From the IMG/VR virus record IMGVR_UViG_3300023174_000151, positions 1 through 64,000 of that record: 64,000 nucleotides of DNA. The stretch is one strand, 5' to 3'. Below the pieces are notes generated by a model. The model did no database searches. It was not told the DNA's origin and saw only the letters and a program-made list of their open reading frames with translations. Every line of letters starts with the position of its first letter. The stretch's first letter is position 1. Positions 1 to 8,097 of the stretch are shown here, in pieces. The stretch is from a virus. The position numbers and the translations under genes were made by a program.

Positions 1-54
1 AGTTTATCGTTTTATTTGTTGTATATCAATATTATATTGTTTAAAACTTAAAAT

Positions 55-303
55 ATGGGCGCTATAGTTAAAGAACAATCTATATGCACCAGGATGGACG
101 ACGAAACCCGTCTAAAACGAGTAGAAGCACTCGAAACTATAAAAAATAAAGCTTTGGAAAAGGCACAAAAAGGTGAAGACTCCCTTGAAGTACGTGATTT
201 CGTTACTTCCGCCAAAAAAGAACTGGCTTATGAGCTACCAGATGAAGATGCCTTCCGTAAAGCGATGAATGCAACTCTCGCATATAAGGCAAAGAAGGGA
301 TAA
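55..303 (+). CDS. hypothetical protein
   Basis: 82-aa ORF followed by an intrinsic terminator. Confidence 0.7.
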   Translation: MGAIVKEQSICTRMDDETRLKRVEALETIKNKALEKAQKGEDSLEVRDFVTSAKKELAYELPDEDAFRKAMNATLAYKAKKG

Positions 304-330
304 TAATAAAATTCTGTAATTTAAAACAAA

Positions 331-356
331 GCCGGGAATAAAACCCCGGCTTTTTT
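331..356 (+). terminator. rho-independent terminator
   Basis: GCCGGG-N8-CCCGGC followed by T6. Confidence 0.8.
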
Positions 357-660
357 GTCTAAATTCTTGGGCAAACACACATTTCGGACGACAAAATAAC
401 ACTTTTACTATATATAAAGCGCTCTTATACCCTCAAATAGGTATTAGATTTACCTGACCGTTCTCCCACCCCCCCACCGAGTAGTTATGTGTAAAGAAAA
501 AAAAGGATATGGGTATCACTTGTAATTTAGTCAAGGGAAGTACGAGTTAAGTAACGAAGAAAGTTCGCTTCGCTCACAAGAGAAGAAGCAACGCTCACTT
601 CGTTCGCTTAAAACTTACTTCGCTTACGTGTTATTGAGACGATAAGCTTACTGTTTTTAT

Positions 661-779
661 CAACTACCACCCCTCGTGTAGGGCGCGAATCCGGTAAATG
701 CCCGCCACCACTGGGTTCTCGGTATTCGGACTGTTATGTCGAAGGGTGGGGTTGAGCCTCCAGCGGAGATAGGCACCGC
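661..779 (+). ncRNA. candidate structured leader ending in a family A pseudoknot
   Basis: 661-676 complementary to about 739-754; GCCT/AGGC plus GCGG/CCGC pseudoknot at 756-779. Confidence 0.45.
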
Positions 780-797
780 ACAACCAAGAGTAATCCG

Positions 798-1034
798 GTG
801 AACAAGAACCAACAGCTAGCCAAACAAGCTGTAGATAAAGCTAAGAACATGGGCTGGGAAGTCCGTGTTTGCTACGACCAAAGTGACGTGATTGATTATG
901 CGACAGTAGTTGCCTGGGCACCAGGATCTACTAGAGCTCGCTATATCACTTTCATCGATGAGATAGAGGGATCAAAAGGATGGCGATCAGTACACAAACT
1001 TGATAGTCTTCTGGAGTTTCATACTGCTCTCTGA
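798..1034 (+). CDS. early hypothetical protein
   Basis: 78-aa ORF (GTG start) flanked by family A elements. Confidence 0.7.
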   Translation: MNKNQQLAKQAVDKAKNMGWEVRVCYDQSDVIDYATVVAWAPGSTRARYITFIDEIEGSKGWRSVHKLDSLLEFHTAL

Positions 1035-1106
1035 GTACCAGGCGTGATGCCGGGAGGTCGAACCTCCCACTCAGTATTGCCTAGTCCGCAGGAGATGGGC
1101 ACCTGC
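1031..1106 (+). repeat. family A element: tRNA-like junction plus pseudoknot
   Basis: CTGAGT/ACTCAG closing stem, GGC/GCC hairpin, GGGAG-GTCGAAC-CTCCC T-arm-like hairpin, then TGCCTA/TGGGCA plus GCAGG/CCTGC. Confidence 0.75.
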
Positions 1107-1120
1107 ACAGCACAAACATC

Positions 1121-1315
1121 ATGGGCATTCGCTCAGGTTTAGTCGCAGCTATCCGCAATGGTGTAGCCGTTGCACGGATGGAGTTTGACGCTGGCTTAGC
1201 TCAGCACAATGCGGAGTACGAACTCCGTCAGATTAAGGCTAAACAACAACAGCTCGATGCACGTATCACAGGAGATTACATTCCTGCTTCAAGATTACGT
1301 GTGACTAATAGCTGA
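1121..1315 (+). CDS. early hypothetical protein
   Basis: 64-aa ORF flanked by family A elements. Confidence 0.7.
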   Translation: MGIRSGLVAAIRNGVAVARMEFDAGLAQHNAEYELRQIKAKQQQLDARITGDYIPASRLRVTNS

Positions 1316-1387
1316 TCCGTACAAGCGGGTGACCAAGTGCAAACCTTGGTCCAGTCATTGCCTAGTCCGCAGGAGATGGGCACCTGC
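1311..1387 (+). repeat. family A element
   Basis: GCTG/CAGT, ATCCG/CGGGT, GACCAAG-TGCAAAC-CTTGGTC; pseudoknot identical to the 1078-1106 copy. Confidence 0.8.
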
Positions 1388-1401
1388 ACAGCATTAATTC
1401 A

Positions 1402-1563
1402 ATGACACTTACTTACGAACAACTGTTCAAGTTTATGGGCACCTTCAGCAACCAAGAGTTAGATGATGCACAAGTGATAGCAGAATATCACTCCAAAGAA
1501 TCTAGTAAGAGTTACAACCAGATACTGGTTGAGATATTAGTGGAGATGCGTCAAGCAAGCTGA
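1402..1563 (+). CDS. early hypothetical protein (53 aa, not in ORF track)
   Basis: ATG 1402 to TGA 1563, MTLTYEQLFKFMG...; fills the gap between two family A elements. Confidence 0.7.
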   Translation: MTLTYEQLFKFMGTFSNQELDDAQVIAEYHSKESSKSYNQILVEILVEMRQAS

Positions 1564-1631
1564 TCCGTACAAGCGGGTGGCTAGGTGCAAACCCTAGCCC
1601 AGTCATTACCCTTAGCGGAGATGGGTACCGC
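1559..1631 (+). repeat. family A element
   Basis: GGCTAGG-TGCAAAC-CCTAGCC (compensatory relative to the 1311 copy); pseudoknot TACCC/GGGTA plus GCGG/CCGC. Confidence 0.8.
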
Positions 1632-1648
1632 ACAACCAAAGGGTATCC

Positions 1649-1912
1649 ATGGACTTAGCAACAGGCTGGCAAAAGCATCTTGGTGTAACAGGTGGTTATC
1701 AACTGTTTTATCAAGATATCTACATCGGCGAAGTTTCCATTGTTACTGGACCGAAAGGTTCAGGAATAATGGGAAATAACGATCCAGGTCAAGAACCTAC
1801 TTACGAAGTATGGTTTCCAGGGGCAGCTAATCCAATTGGCTACCTTAAGCTTGATGAGATTAAAGGAATCATCAAGTATCTACATCAACTCCAGAATGAT
1901 TTTTGCAAGTAA
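1649..1912 (+). CDS. early hypothetical protein
   Basis: 87-aa ORF downstream of a family A element. Confidence 0.7.
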   Translation: MDLATGWQKHLGVTGGYQLFYQDIYIGEVSIVTGPKGSGIMGNNDPGQEPTYEVWFPGAANPIGYLKLDEIKGIIKYLHQLQNDFCK

Positions 1913-1953
1913 GCCTGAGTAACACCAGGCTTTCCTGCAGAGTTCACTCTGCA
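1911..1953 (+). repeat. family B double-hairpin element
   Basis: AAGCCTG-N8-CAGGCTT-TCC-TGCAGAG-TTCA-CTCTGCA; second copy at 2393-2505. Confidence 0.7.
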
Positions 1954-1976
1954 TTCACCATCGTTTAATTCAACTC

Positions 1977-2381
1977 ATGTTTAGCAACACCATCATCGGC
2001 AACATTACATACATGGAAGTTGCCGTCCATGAAGGCAAAGAGTTCCTTGCGATTACCGTCGCAGTGAACGATCGCTTCAATAGTAGCTGCCGCGTTAAGT
2101 TCAACAACTCTAATGGGTTGTTAACTGCATACATCAACAAGACACTTGTTGTAGGACAACAACTTATCTTGTCCCAGTATGATGTTCGGATCGATAAGAT
2201 CAGGACGCACTACCTAAAAGACGGCAAGATGTTAGCACTCAAGTGTCCCGAGTTGACGCTGACTGGAGTGCGTGCAACCATTGGCGCCTTACCAAAGGCT
2301 GCTAATGGTGCTGCACCAAAGCCCACGATTAGTGCGGCACTAATAGAAGATCATGAGCTAGAGGAAGCACTGGCTGTCTGA
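1977..2381 (+). CDS. putative OB-fold / SSB-like protein
   Basis: IIGNI...LAITVAVN...LVVGQQLIL pattern resembles SSB OB fold; low-complexity acidic tail. Confidence 0.45.
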   Translation: MFSNTIIGNITYMEVAVHEGKEFLAITVAVNDRFNSSCRVKFNNSNGLLTAYINKTLVVGQQLILSQYDVRIDKIRTHYLKDGKMLALKCPELTLTGVRATIGALPKAANGAAPKPTISAALIEDHELEEALAV

Positions 2382-2392
2382 TCTCTGCACTT

Positions 2393-2505
2393 AAGCCTGA
2401 GGTACAACCAATAGGTACACGTCTATACTTCTAATGGATAAATATCCAGGGGGTATAAAGTTACCGGCAGTACTACCAGGCTTTCCTGCAGGGTTCACAC
2501 TCTGC
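2393..2505 (+). repeat. family B element with long internal hairpin
   Basis: Same flanking stems as 1911-1953; loop replaced by about 75 nt of self-complementary sequence. Confidence 0.65.
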
Positions 2506-2527
2506 TACACCATTGCCATTGCACCTA

Positions 2528-2728
2528 ATGAAGAACAGTTACAAGATGAAGAACGGTAGGTACGTAACATTAGATTCGTACCGCCGATCACATGAGAGAA
2601 GGGGGAACATACTCTGTGTTCTCCTCGCACTCCTCATTACTGCCGCCACTGGCGCAGCAGTCGTGGGAGTAGATGTCACAGCTCCAACAGCTGTACCTAC
2701 TACACCTGCACATACGACAGGACCTTGA
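2528..2728 (+). CDS. small membrane protein
   Basis: Hydrophobic stretch ILCVLLALLITAATGAAVVGV; ATG 2528 preferred to TTG 2513. Confidence 0.6.
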   Translation: MKNSYKMKNGRYVTLDSYRRSHERRGNILCVLLALLITAATGAAVVGVDVTAPTAVPTTPAHTTGP

Positions 2729-2773
2729 AGCCAAAGCTCACAATTAGTGCGGCACTAATAGAAGATCATGAAC

Positions 2774-2803
2774 CTTGGCATCCACTCGTGGTGTAAGTCC
2801 AAG
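2774..2803 (+). repeat. family C bulged hairpin (GGCA...GTAAGYCC)
   Basis: CTTGG-CA..TG-TAAGT-CCAAG; related copies at 3586, 5016, 9133 and 55848 (minus). Confidence 0.7.
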
Positions 2804-2832
2804 AGTCACCTACTTATATATAAGTTTTACTT

Positions 2833-3147
2833 ATGTCCCGTAGGTGTCTAAGCCTTGTCCTTTCCATGTCTACCTTATCCTTCACACTTATCTACATCAT
2901 GACTATTCAAGAAGCTTTCCATGCATGGCTAAACGCATGCCCTGCAACAGACTATGAACTACTGTCGGTAAGCGATCATTGCATTACTTATACCTTTAGG
3001 TTTTCTACCAGGGGATCAGAGTATGCAGAAGAGTATACCGCAGATCAAATTGATTTCCTCTCTGACATTGCTGATGAGCAAGAGAAGATTATGAGGGAGG
3101 AGATGCCTGAACCTACCATGGAGTGTCCCATTGAAACACACACCTAG
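2833..3147 (+). CDS. hypothetical protein
   Basis: ORF; true start may be an internal Met. Confidence 0.5.
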   Translation: MSRRCLSLVLSMSTLSFTLIYIMTIQEAFHAWLNACPATDYELLSVSDHCITYTFRFSTRGSEYAEEYTADQIDFLSDIADEQEKIMREEMPEPTMECPIETHT

Positions 3148-3225
3148 TACATCAGTACTTACAGAGGATGACCTTATCCTCATCATCATCACACTCACTT
3201 CCATCCTTATTACAGAACTATTATC

Positions 3226-3582
3226 ATGCTTCACCCCATCACTCAAGAGATCGCTGCCTCCTTCGGGTACACACCTGTTACACCAGAAGAAAGGACCGAG
3301 CAATACGAAGTCGAACCTGACTTCCAAGACGCACCTAAGGGAGCTATCCCCTGCACCGGCAATGTCTTCCGTAACAAACAAGGAGTCTTACGTTGCTACT
3401 GGATTCCAGCCGGCAACAACTACACCTCGCAAGAGAAAGAAGATCTCATCGGTTGGTACGACATCCCCAGCCTAGAGGACATAGAAGAATGGACATTAGG
3501 TGATGAATGCTACACACCTGTATTCGATCAGGTAGAAGCTGATCATCCCGATTCCTGGCTACGTATCCTCAACGTTATCTAA
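3226..3582 (+). CDS. hypothetical protein
   Basis: 118-aa ORF; C-terminal VEADHPDSWL motif. Confidence 0.65.
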   Translation: MLHPITQEIAASFGYTPVTPEERTEQYEVEPDFQDAPKGAIPCTGNVFRNKQGVLRCYWIPAGNNYTSQEKEDLIGWYDIPSLEDIEEWTLGDECYTPVFDQVEADHPDSWLRILNVI

Positions 3583-3585
3583 TTG

Positions 3586-3619
3586 CCTGGGCACCCATCA
3601 CCATGGGGTAAGTCCCAGG
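3586..3619 (+). repeat. family C element
   Basis: CCTGGG-CA-CCCAT..ATGGG-G-TAAGT-CCCAGG. Confidence 0.7.
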
Positions 3620-3649
3620 TATCTAACCAAACCTTAATCTCCTCCTAAC

Positions 3650-3949
3650 ATGACTACCACTTCAACACGCATCAATGAGTACACAGTACTCAAACGTATT
3701 CTCAAAGAACTGAATGAGGTTGTAGCAAGGGAAAGCAAGCGTCCACAAGGATGTGAAGACCTCACACTTTCAATGCTTGCCCTCCTAAAAGAGGAGATCA
3801 TTCCTCAACTAGAGAATGAGATCGAGCATGATCTTGACTACGATCCAACACCTCAATACCTGTACGACAATACAGGGGGTGAGCCTCCAGTAACCATGGC
3901 AGAAATGCATGCTTGTGCTTGGCAACAACATCAAGAAATGCATAGCTAA
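3650..3949 (+). CDS. hypothetical protein
   Basis: 99-aa ORF. Confidence 0.65.
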   Translation: MTTTSTRINEYTVLKRILKELNEVVARESKRPQGCEDLTLSMLALLKEEIIPQLENEIEHDLDYDPTPQYLYDNTGGEPPVTMAEMHACAWQQHQEMHS

Positions 3950-4058
3950 ATCACACGTCCCATAGGTATCTAAGCTTTGTCTTGACAATGTCTTGACACT
4001 GTAATAATAATGTCTATACCTAACGTTAAACTGCTCACACTCCATTGCAATTCAACAC

Positions 4059-4424
4059 ATGCTCACAGCATCCACAACAAGTCTCAAAGAGACTATAAAA
4101 ACAATAGAAGATCGTATCGACGGTCTTATCTCCAAGCTAATCCGTAGCTTTGAGAAACAATATCCTGGTCGTTACGGTGACATGACCTTTGAGATTAACA
4201 AAGGTAATAAGTATTACAAGATCATGGAAGTAACAAGTTCCATGGGTTGTGTTACCAGTAGATCAGTCCATGCCTTTGTCAGTAGACAGACAGGTGCTGT
4301 ATACAAACCAGCAGGCTGGAAGTCTCCGGCTAAACACGTAAGGTACAACTTACTAGACGATGCATCCTATGCAAACTGTCTAGAGCGTGCCGACTGGGCA
4401 GGAGGTTATCTATACATAAGATAA
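4059..4424 (+). CDS. conserved phage early protein
   Basis: KYYKI..SVHAFV..TGAVYKPAGWKSPAKHVRYNL motif recalled from cyanophage and T4-like hypothetical proteins. Confidence 0.7.
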   Translation: MLTASTTSLKETIKTIEDRIDGLISKLIRSFEKQYPGRYGDMTFEINKGNKYYKIMEVTSSMGCVTSRSVHAFVSRQTGAVYKPAGWKSPAKHVRYNLLDDASYANCLERADWAGGYLYIR

Positions 4425-4535
4425 GGGCACACACTATGTGTCTTGACAATGTCCTGACATCTATCCCCCCTCGACCCCCCGTTGGGGTACCAGGGGGGAA
4501 CCTAATCTTCTATTAGTAATGTTAATGAATAACCT

Positions 4536-4817
4536 TTGTTAACATTTCTATCCATCCCTTACCTACCAAGTACACTACTTCAATCCAATCTCCAACCTAT
4601 CAACATGACTTCATCTAACCTTCCCAACATTCCCAACTCAATAAACACAGATCAACTACAAGCTATGGCCTTTGTAGCAAAGATGAAAGAAGCAGCTGAC
4701 CGTGTAGGTGCTGGCTTCATTGGTGGCTTTGTCACACCAGATGGTAAGAAATTTGTTATGACAAACTTCTCAGATCAAACAGACATTGACATGCTCCTAC
4801 CCGAAGGTTTGAAATGA
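4536..4817 (+). CDS. hypothetical protein
   Basis: ORF; probable start at internal ATG (MTSSNL). Confidence 0.55.
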   Translation: MLTFLSIPYLPSTLLQSNLQPINMTSSNLPNIPNSINTDQLQAMAFVAKMKEAADRVGAGFIGGFVTPDGKKFVMTNFSDQTDIDMLLPEGLK

Positions 4818-5011
4818 CTAAACGTTCACTCATCAGCTTTGATCGCACCATCCATGGTGTAAACATAACTGAACATGGAGTTAAATCATTTACCAAGTCA
4901 ATCAAACTTGGTCCGCTTCAACTAACTCTCAATGCCAATCCCAATGGTGTCAAAGGATCCTTTAGTATCCCTGGCACAGGACTAAGCATTCCAAACATTA
5001 AATTAATGTAA
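4814..5011 (+). CDS. DUF4236-like small protein
   Basis: KSIKLGPLQLTLN...FSIPGTGLS pattern. Confidence 0.5.
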   Translation: MTKRSLISFDRTIHGVNITEHGVKSFTKSIKLGPLQLTLNANPNGVKGSFSIPGTGLSIPNIKLM

Positions 5012-5015
5012 AGAT

Positions 5016-5054
5016 CTGGGCATTACCGACGCCAACTCGGTGTGTAAGTCCCAG
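5016..5054 (+). repeat. family C element
   Basis: CTGGG-CA..CCGA/TCGG..TG-TAAGT-CCCAG. Confidence 0.7.
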
Positions 5055-5086
5055 GTAAACAACCACTTCACCTCACTTCAATTTGT

Positions 5087-5290
5087 ATGACACCTTCTGA
5101 ATTCCACCAGCTTACCGATCTAATGCAACAGCATGGCGGTAAGTTTGTACAAAGTCTTGCTACTGCACTACGCTACGCTGATCCACTCAATAGGCAAAAG
5201 ATTCTAGATTCTTTTCCAGATCTTGTGCTTAAGTATGGACCTACGTCTATGTTCAATGCACCCATTCGTCAACCTATGGAGGTACTTTAA
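5087..5290 (+). CDS. hypothetical protein
   Basis: GGKFVQSLA..ADPLN motif recalled from small phage proteins. Confidence 0.7.
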   Translation: MTPSEFHQLTDLMQQHGGKFVQSLATALRYADPLNRQKILDSFPDLVLKYGPTSMFNAPIRQPMEVL

Positions 5291-5562
5291 TGTCATCTAT
5301 CTGGGCTATAAGACATGTTGATGTCTATCCCACAGGCGTCAACGAATATCAAGTCTATGCGGAAGCATGGATAGAAGATCGTATTCAAGTTAGTCCTGCT
5401 ACATGGGAAGAACCAGCAGAGCATAGGCCAGGCTTATGTTCTGCTTCCACCTATGTAGAGGACAAACCACCTAGCAACACAGAAGATCTAGAAGAGTATA
5501 TCCACGAATTAAATCGTGGTAATTCTCTTGACTGGATCGACGTTGATTCCACTGACATCTAA
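5290..5562 (+). CDS. hypothetical protein
   Basis: TAATG translational coupling to upstream ORF. Confidence 0.65.
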   Translation: MSSIWAIRHVDVYPTGVNEYQVYAEAWIEDRIQVSPATWEEPAEHRPGLCSASTYVEDKPPSNTEDLEEYIHELNRGNSLDWIDVDSTDI

Positions 5563-5567
5563 CTATC

Positions 5568-5822
5568 ATGATTGGATTTAGTATCGAATTCAAACCTTGG
5601 TATATCACAGTACGTGGTCCCAGAGGTAAAGTCTATCTAGCTACGGGCTTTAGTAAACATGTACCAGTTACACCACAGAAGTCAATACATCCAGACTTCT
5701 TGGTGATAAGACATCCGTATTGGGATTCTGAGTACTCTACGTTTATTAGTAATGCAACTAACTACATGTCAGAGCACTACGATGAACTAGAAGAAGAAAG
5801 ACAGTACGGTATTTACAAGTAA
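5568..5822 (+). CDS. hypothetical protein
   Basis: 84-aa ORF in operon. Confidence 0.6.
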   Translation: MIGFSIEFKPWYITVRGPRGKVYLATGFSKHVPVTPQKSIHPDFLVIRHPYWDSEYSTFISNATNYMSEHYDELEEERQYGIYK

Positions 5823-5880
5823 CTTATAGTATGTACGAGTAACTTACTTGTATATACACGCAACTTACAAGTAAACCAAT

Positions 5881-5907
5881 CGTCCTAAACATGACGTTAA
5901 AAGGTTT
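5881..5907 (+). promoter_or_regulatory. family D pseudoknot leader
   Basis: CGTC-CT-AAAC-AT-GACG-TTAAAAG-GTTT, 23 nt before ATG. Confidence 0.7.
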
Positions 5908-5930
5908 ACATCCCAACTACAACTCAACTC

Positions 5931-7664
5931 ATGCAATTCCAACTCCCATCAAACCTTCAGCAACACCTCGTCAAGTACGACCCTGAACTAAAGAAAGTTA
6001 TCGCAGCTGCTAAACCTAAGGTGACACGTAATACCCTTGGGTTACCAGATGATCTGATTCCTACTCACATTGTCAGTAAAGAAGAACTGCTACAAGCAGT
6101 TACTAATATCAATGCTGATCCAGTTGAAGATAGGTACCGTGTATTCCAAAAGGATACTGGCGAAGTCAAGGCTATTATCTACCACATAGAAAGCCTATGG
6201 GTAGCAGCCTGGTTACCTAAGTCTGGAGAAGACTACATCTATGGAATATCATTCGCATTTAAACCTAGTGCATTTAAGAAACTTAATATTCCCTACGGTA
6301 AAGATGGAAGGTTATTTAATATGGATAACGTTATCACCAAAAAGTATGGACGCATTGACTTCTGTACATGGACGGACTACATAACAAGAGACAGTATTGA
6401 AGCAGGGTTAACTACACCGTACTGGGCACATAATGCAACTAGTTACAAACAGAAGTTAGTACAAATCAAACGTGGAATTAAACTATTTACTGACCAACTT
6501 CAGCAGACTATACCTCACTGGAAGGATGATGGTACACATAATATGTTCAAGAGACTTGATCCTAAGACTAATAACTATAGATATATCCTACGTATAGCAG
6601 ATAACTTCACAGCAATTCTACATACACCAGAAGATCTTTTCTTGATCCCAGGAGTAGAACTATATAGGAAGTATCTAGATGATAACAACAAACATATACT
6701 AGATACACCTTGGTTCAAACGTTACATTAATACAGAAGCACAAAAGATAATTGATGCCTTCAATCATCCAGACACTAAGTCACCTGATGTATTAGTAGAT
6801 ATACATGAAGACATAAAGAAGATTCTTACCTGGATTAATAAAGTACTAAAGATATGGCCTGCTTGCCCTGTTGATTATTTACAGACTGCTATAAGCAATG
6901 ACATATTCAAAACACTTAGCATCTATAGCTTATGGCCTTCACCTTCCTCACCAGACTTAGTGCATGCCTGGCTTAATACTTATCTACCAGTAGAATCTTT
7001 CTTTAAAATTATCACCAAGTTCACAGAGGAATGGTTGAGTAGGTGCACAAACTATTCGCATACTACCAAGTACAATGCTACGTTTAGTTCATTGCGAGAT
7101 ACGATAGCAATGCTTGATCAGATACTTACAGCAGGTGAAACTATTGATCCACCTAAGCGTTGGCGCATAGAAGAATTCCATGATCATATCCAGACTAAAG
7201 CATGGACAATAAAGAATCCTAATCAAGAATTACCACAAGATCTATTCCCCACACCTATCAAAGTGTTAGATGAAGAACAGAACTGGACATTCTTTGAACC
7301 TAAAGATACAGATCAACTATCTCATCTATTTCCTACACCTAACAAAGGACAAACCTGGACATTCTTCCAGCCAAAAGATACGCACCAGCTATCCCAATGG
7401 GGGCAAGCAGTACGTAACTGTGTAGGTACAGCAGACTCATATGCTAATAACGTTAAAGCTAAGAAGGCATTCATTGTCTTGTGCATGTGCAACAACAAAC
7501 CTAAGTTCACTGTCTTGCTTAAGGTATCAGACGGTGTTATGCACGTAGACCAGATCGTTGGTTTGTCCAATGCCAGGCTCAACGATATTGAAAGAAACCT
7601 TTATGAAAATATGTTTAGCAAAGCATTGCAGCTACGAGAAGAAGAACTAAGATTAGATAACTGA
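5931..7664 (+). CDS. PcfJ-like domain protein
   Basis: C-terminal FHDHI...QLSQWGQAVRNCVG..Y...VDQIVG.SN pattern typical of PcfJ-like domains. Confidence 0.65.
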   Translation: MQFQLPSNLQQHLVKYDPELKKVIAAAKPKVTRNTLGLPDDLIPTHIVSKEELLQAVTNINADPVEDRYRVFQKDTGEVKAIIYHIESLWVAAWLPKSGEDYIYGISFAFKPSAFKKLNIPYGKDGRLFNMDNVITKKYGRIDFCTWTDYITRDSIEAGLTTPYWAHNATSYKQKLVQIKRGIKLFTDQLQQTIPHWKDDGTHNMFKRLDPKTNNYRYILRIADNFTAILHTPEDLFLIPGVELYRKYLDDNNKHILDTPWFKRYINTEAQKIIDAFNHPDTKSPDVLVDIHEDIKKILTWINKVLKIWPACPVDYLQTAISNDIFKTLSIYSLWPSPSSPDLVHAWLNTYLPVESFFKIITKFTEEWLSRCTNYSHTTKYNATFSSLRDTIAMLDQILTAGETIDPPKRWRIEEFHDHIQTKAWTIKNPNQELPQDLFPTPIKVLDEEQNWTFFEPKDTDQLSHLFPTPNKGQTWTFFQPKDTHQLSQWGQAVRNCVGTADSYANNVKAKKAFIVLCMCNNKPKFTVLLKVSDGVMHVDQIVGLSNARLNDIERNLYENMFSKALQLREEELRLDN

Positions 7665-7672
7665 TCTGCCAA

Positions 7673-7710
7673 TAGGTCGGTTACTTAATCCTTATTAAGT
7701 AATCGACCTA
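7673..7710 (+). other. 17-bp hairpin after PcfJ-like gene
   Basis: TAGGTCGGTTACTTAAT-CCTT-ATTAAGTAATCGACCTA (one G-T pair); no U-tract. Confidence 0.7.
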
Positions 7711-7749
7711 CCTTAAGCAAACAGTAGTACCAGACTACGTTTTTATCTC

Positions 7750-7962
7750 ATGACACAACACTACACCGATGATCAACTACTAGCTATGGCTATGGGAAAC
7801 CTTGGTACTTTTATCGAAACAAATACAAGACATTACATTCTCGTAGAAGATGATCCTCGTAATGAAGAAGACTATGACACATGGTCTTATGGTACTGAAC
7901 CATTACCTTATGATCATACTTGGTATTCAACATCTATTGAAATCAAACCCACTGAAGTATAA
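7750..7962 (+). CDS. hypothetical protein
   Basis: 70-aa ORF. Confidence 0.6.
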   Translation: MTQHYTDDQLLAMAMGNLGTFIETNTRHYILVEDDPRNEEDYDTWSYGTEPLPYDHTWYSTSIEIKPTEV

Positions 7963-8097
7963 TGACAAAAGAACTGCTTGATCAAGCTGATAAGCTTTGT
8001 AACAAACTTGAAAAGTTATGTTGGCAAACAGCAATGGATCAAAATGAACAATTGTACAACAGATACAAACAACTAAAATATAAAGCTTGGACTCGTT

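Noticed and set aside
1031-1631. tRNA genes, or theta/HDV-like or twister-sister ribozymes
   Set aside because: No anticodon arm; the pseudoknot lacks the HDV P3/P1.1/P4 core; twister-sister internal-loop nucleotides not found
756-1649. CRISPR array
   Set aside because: Repeats are long and divergent, the intervening sequences are whole ORFs, and no cas genes are present
3131-3475. 114-aa TTG-start ORF
   Set aside because: Largely overlaps the better-supported ORF 3226-3582 in another frame
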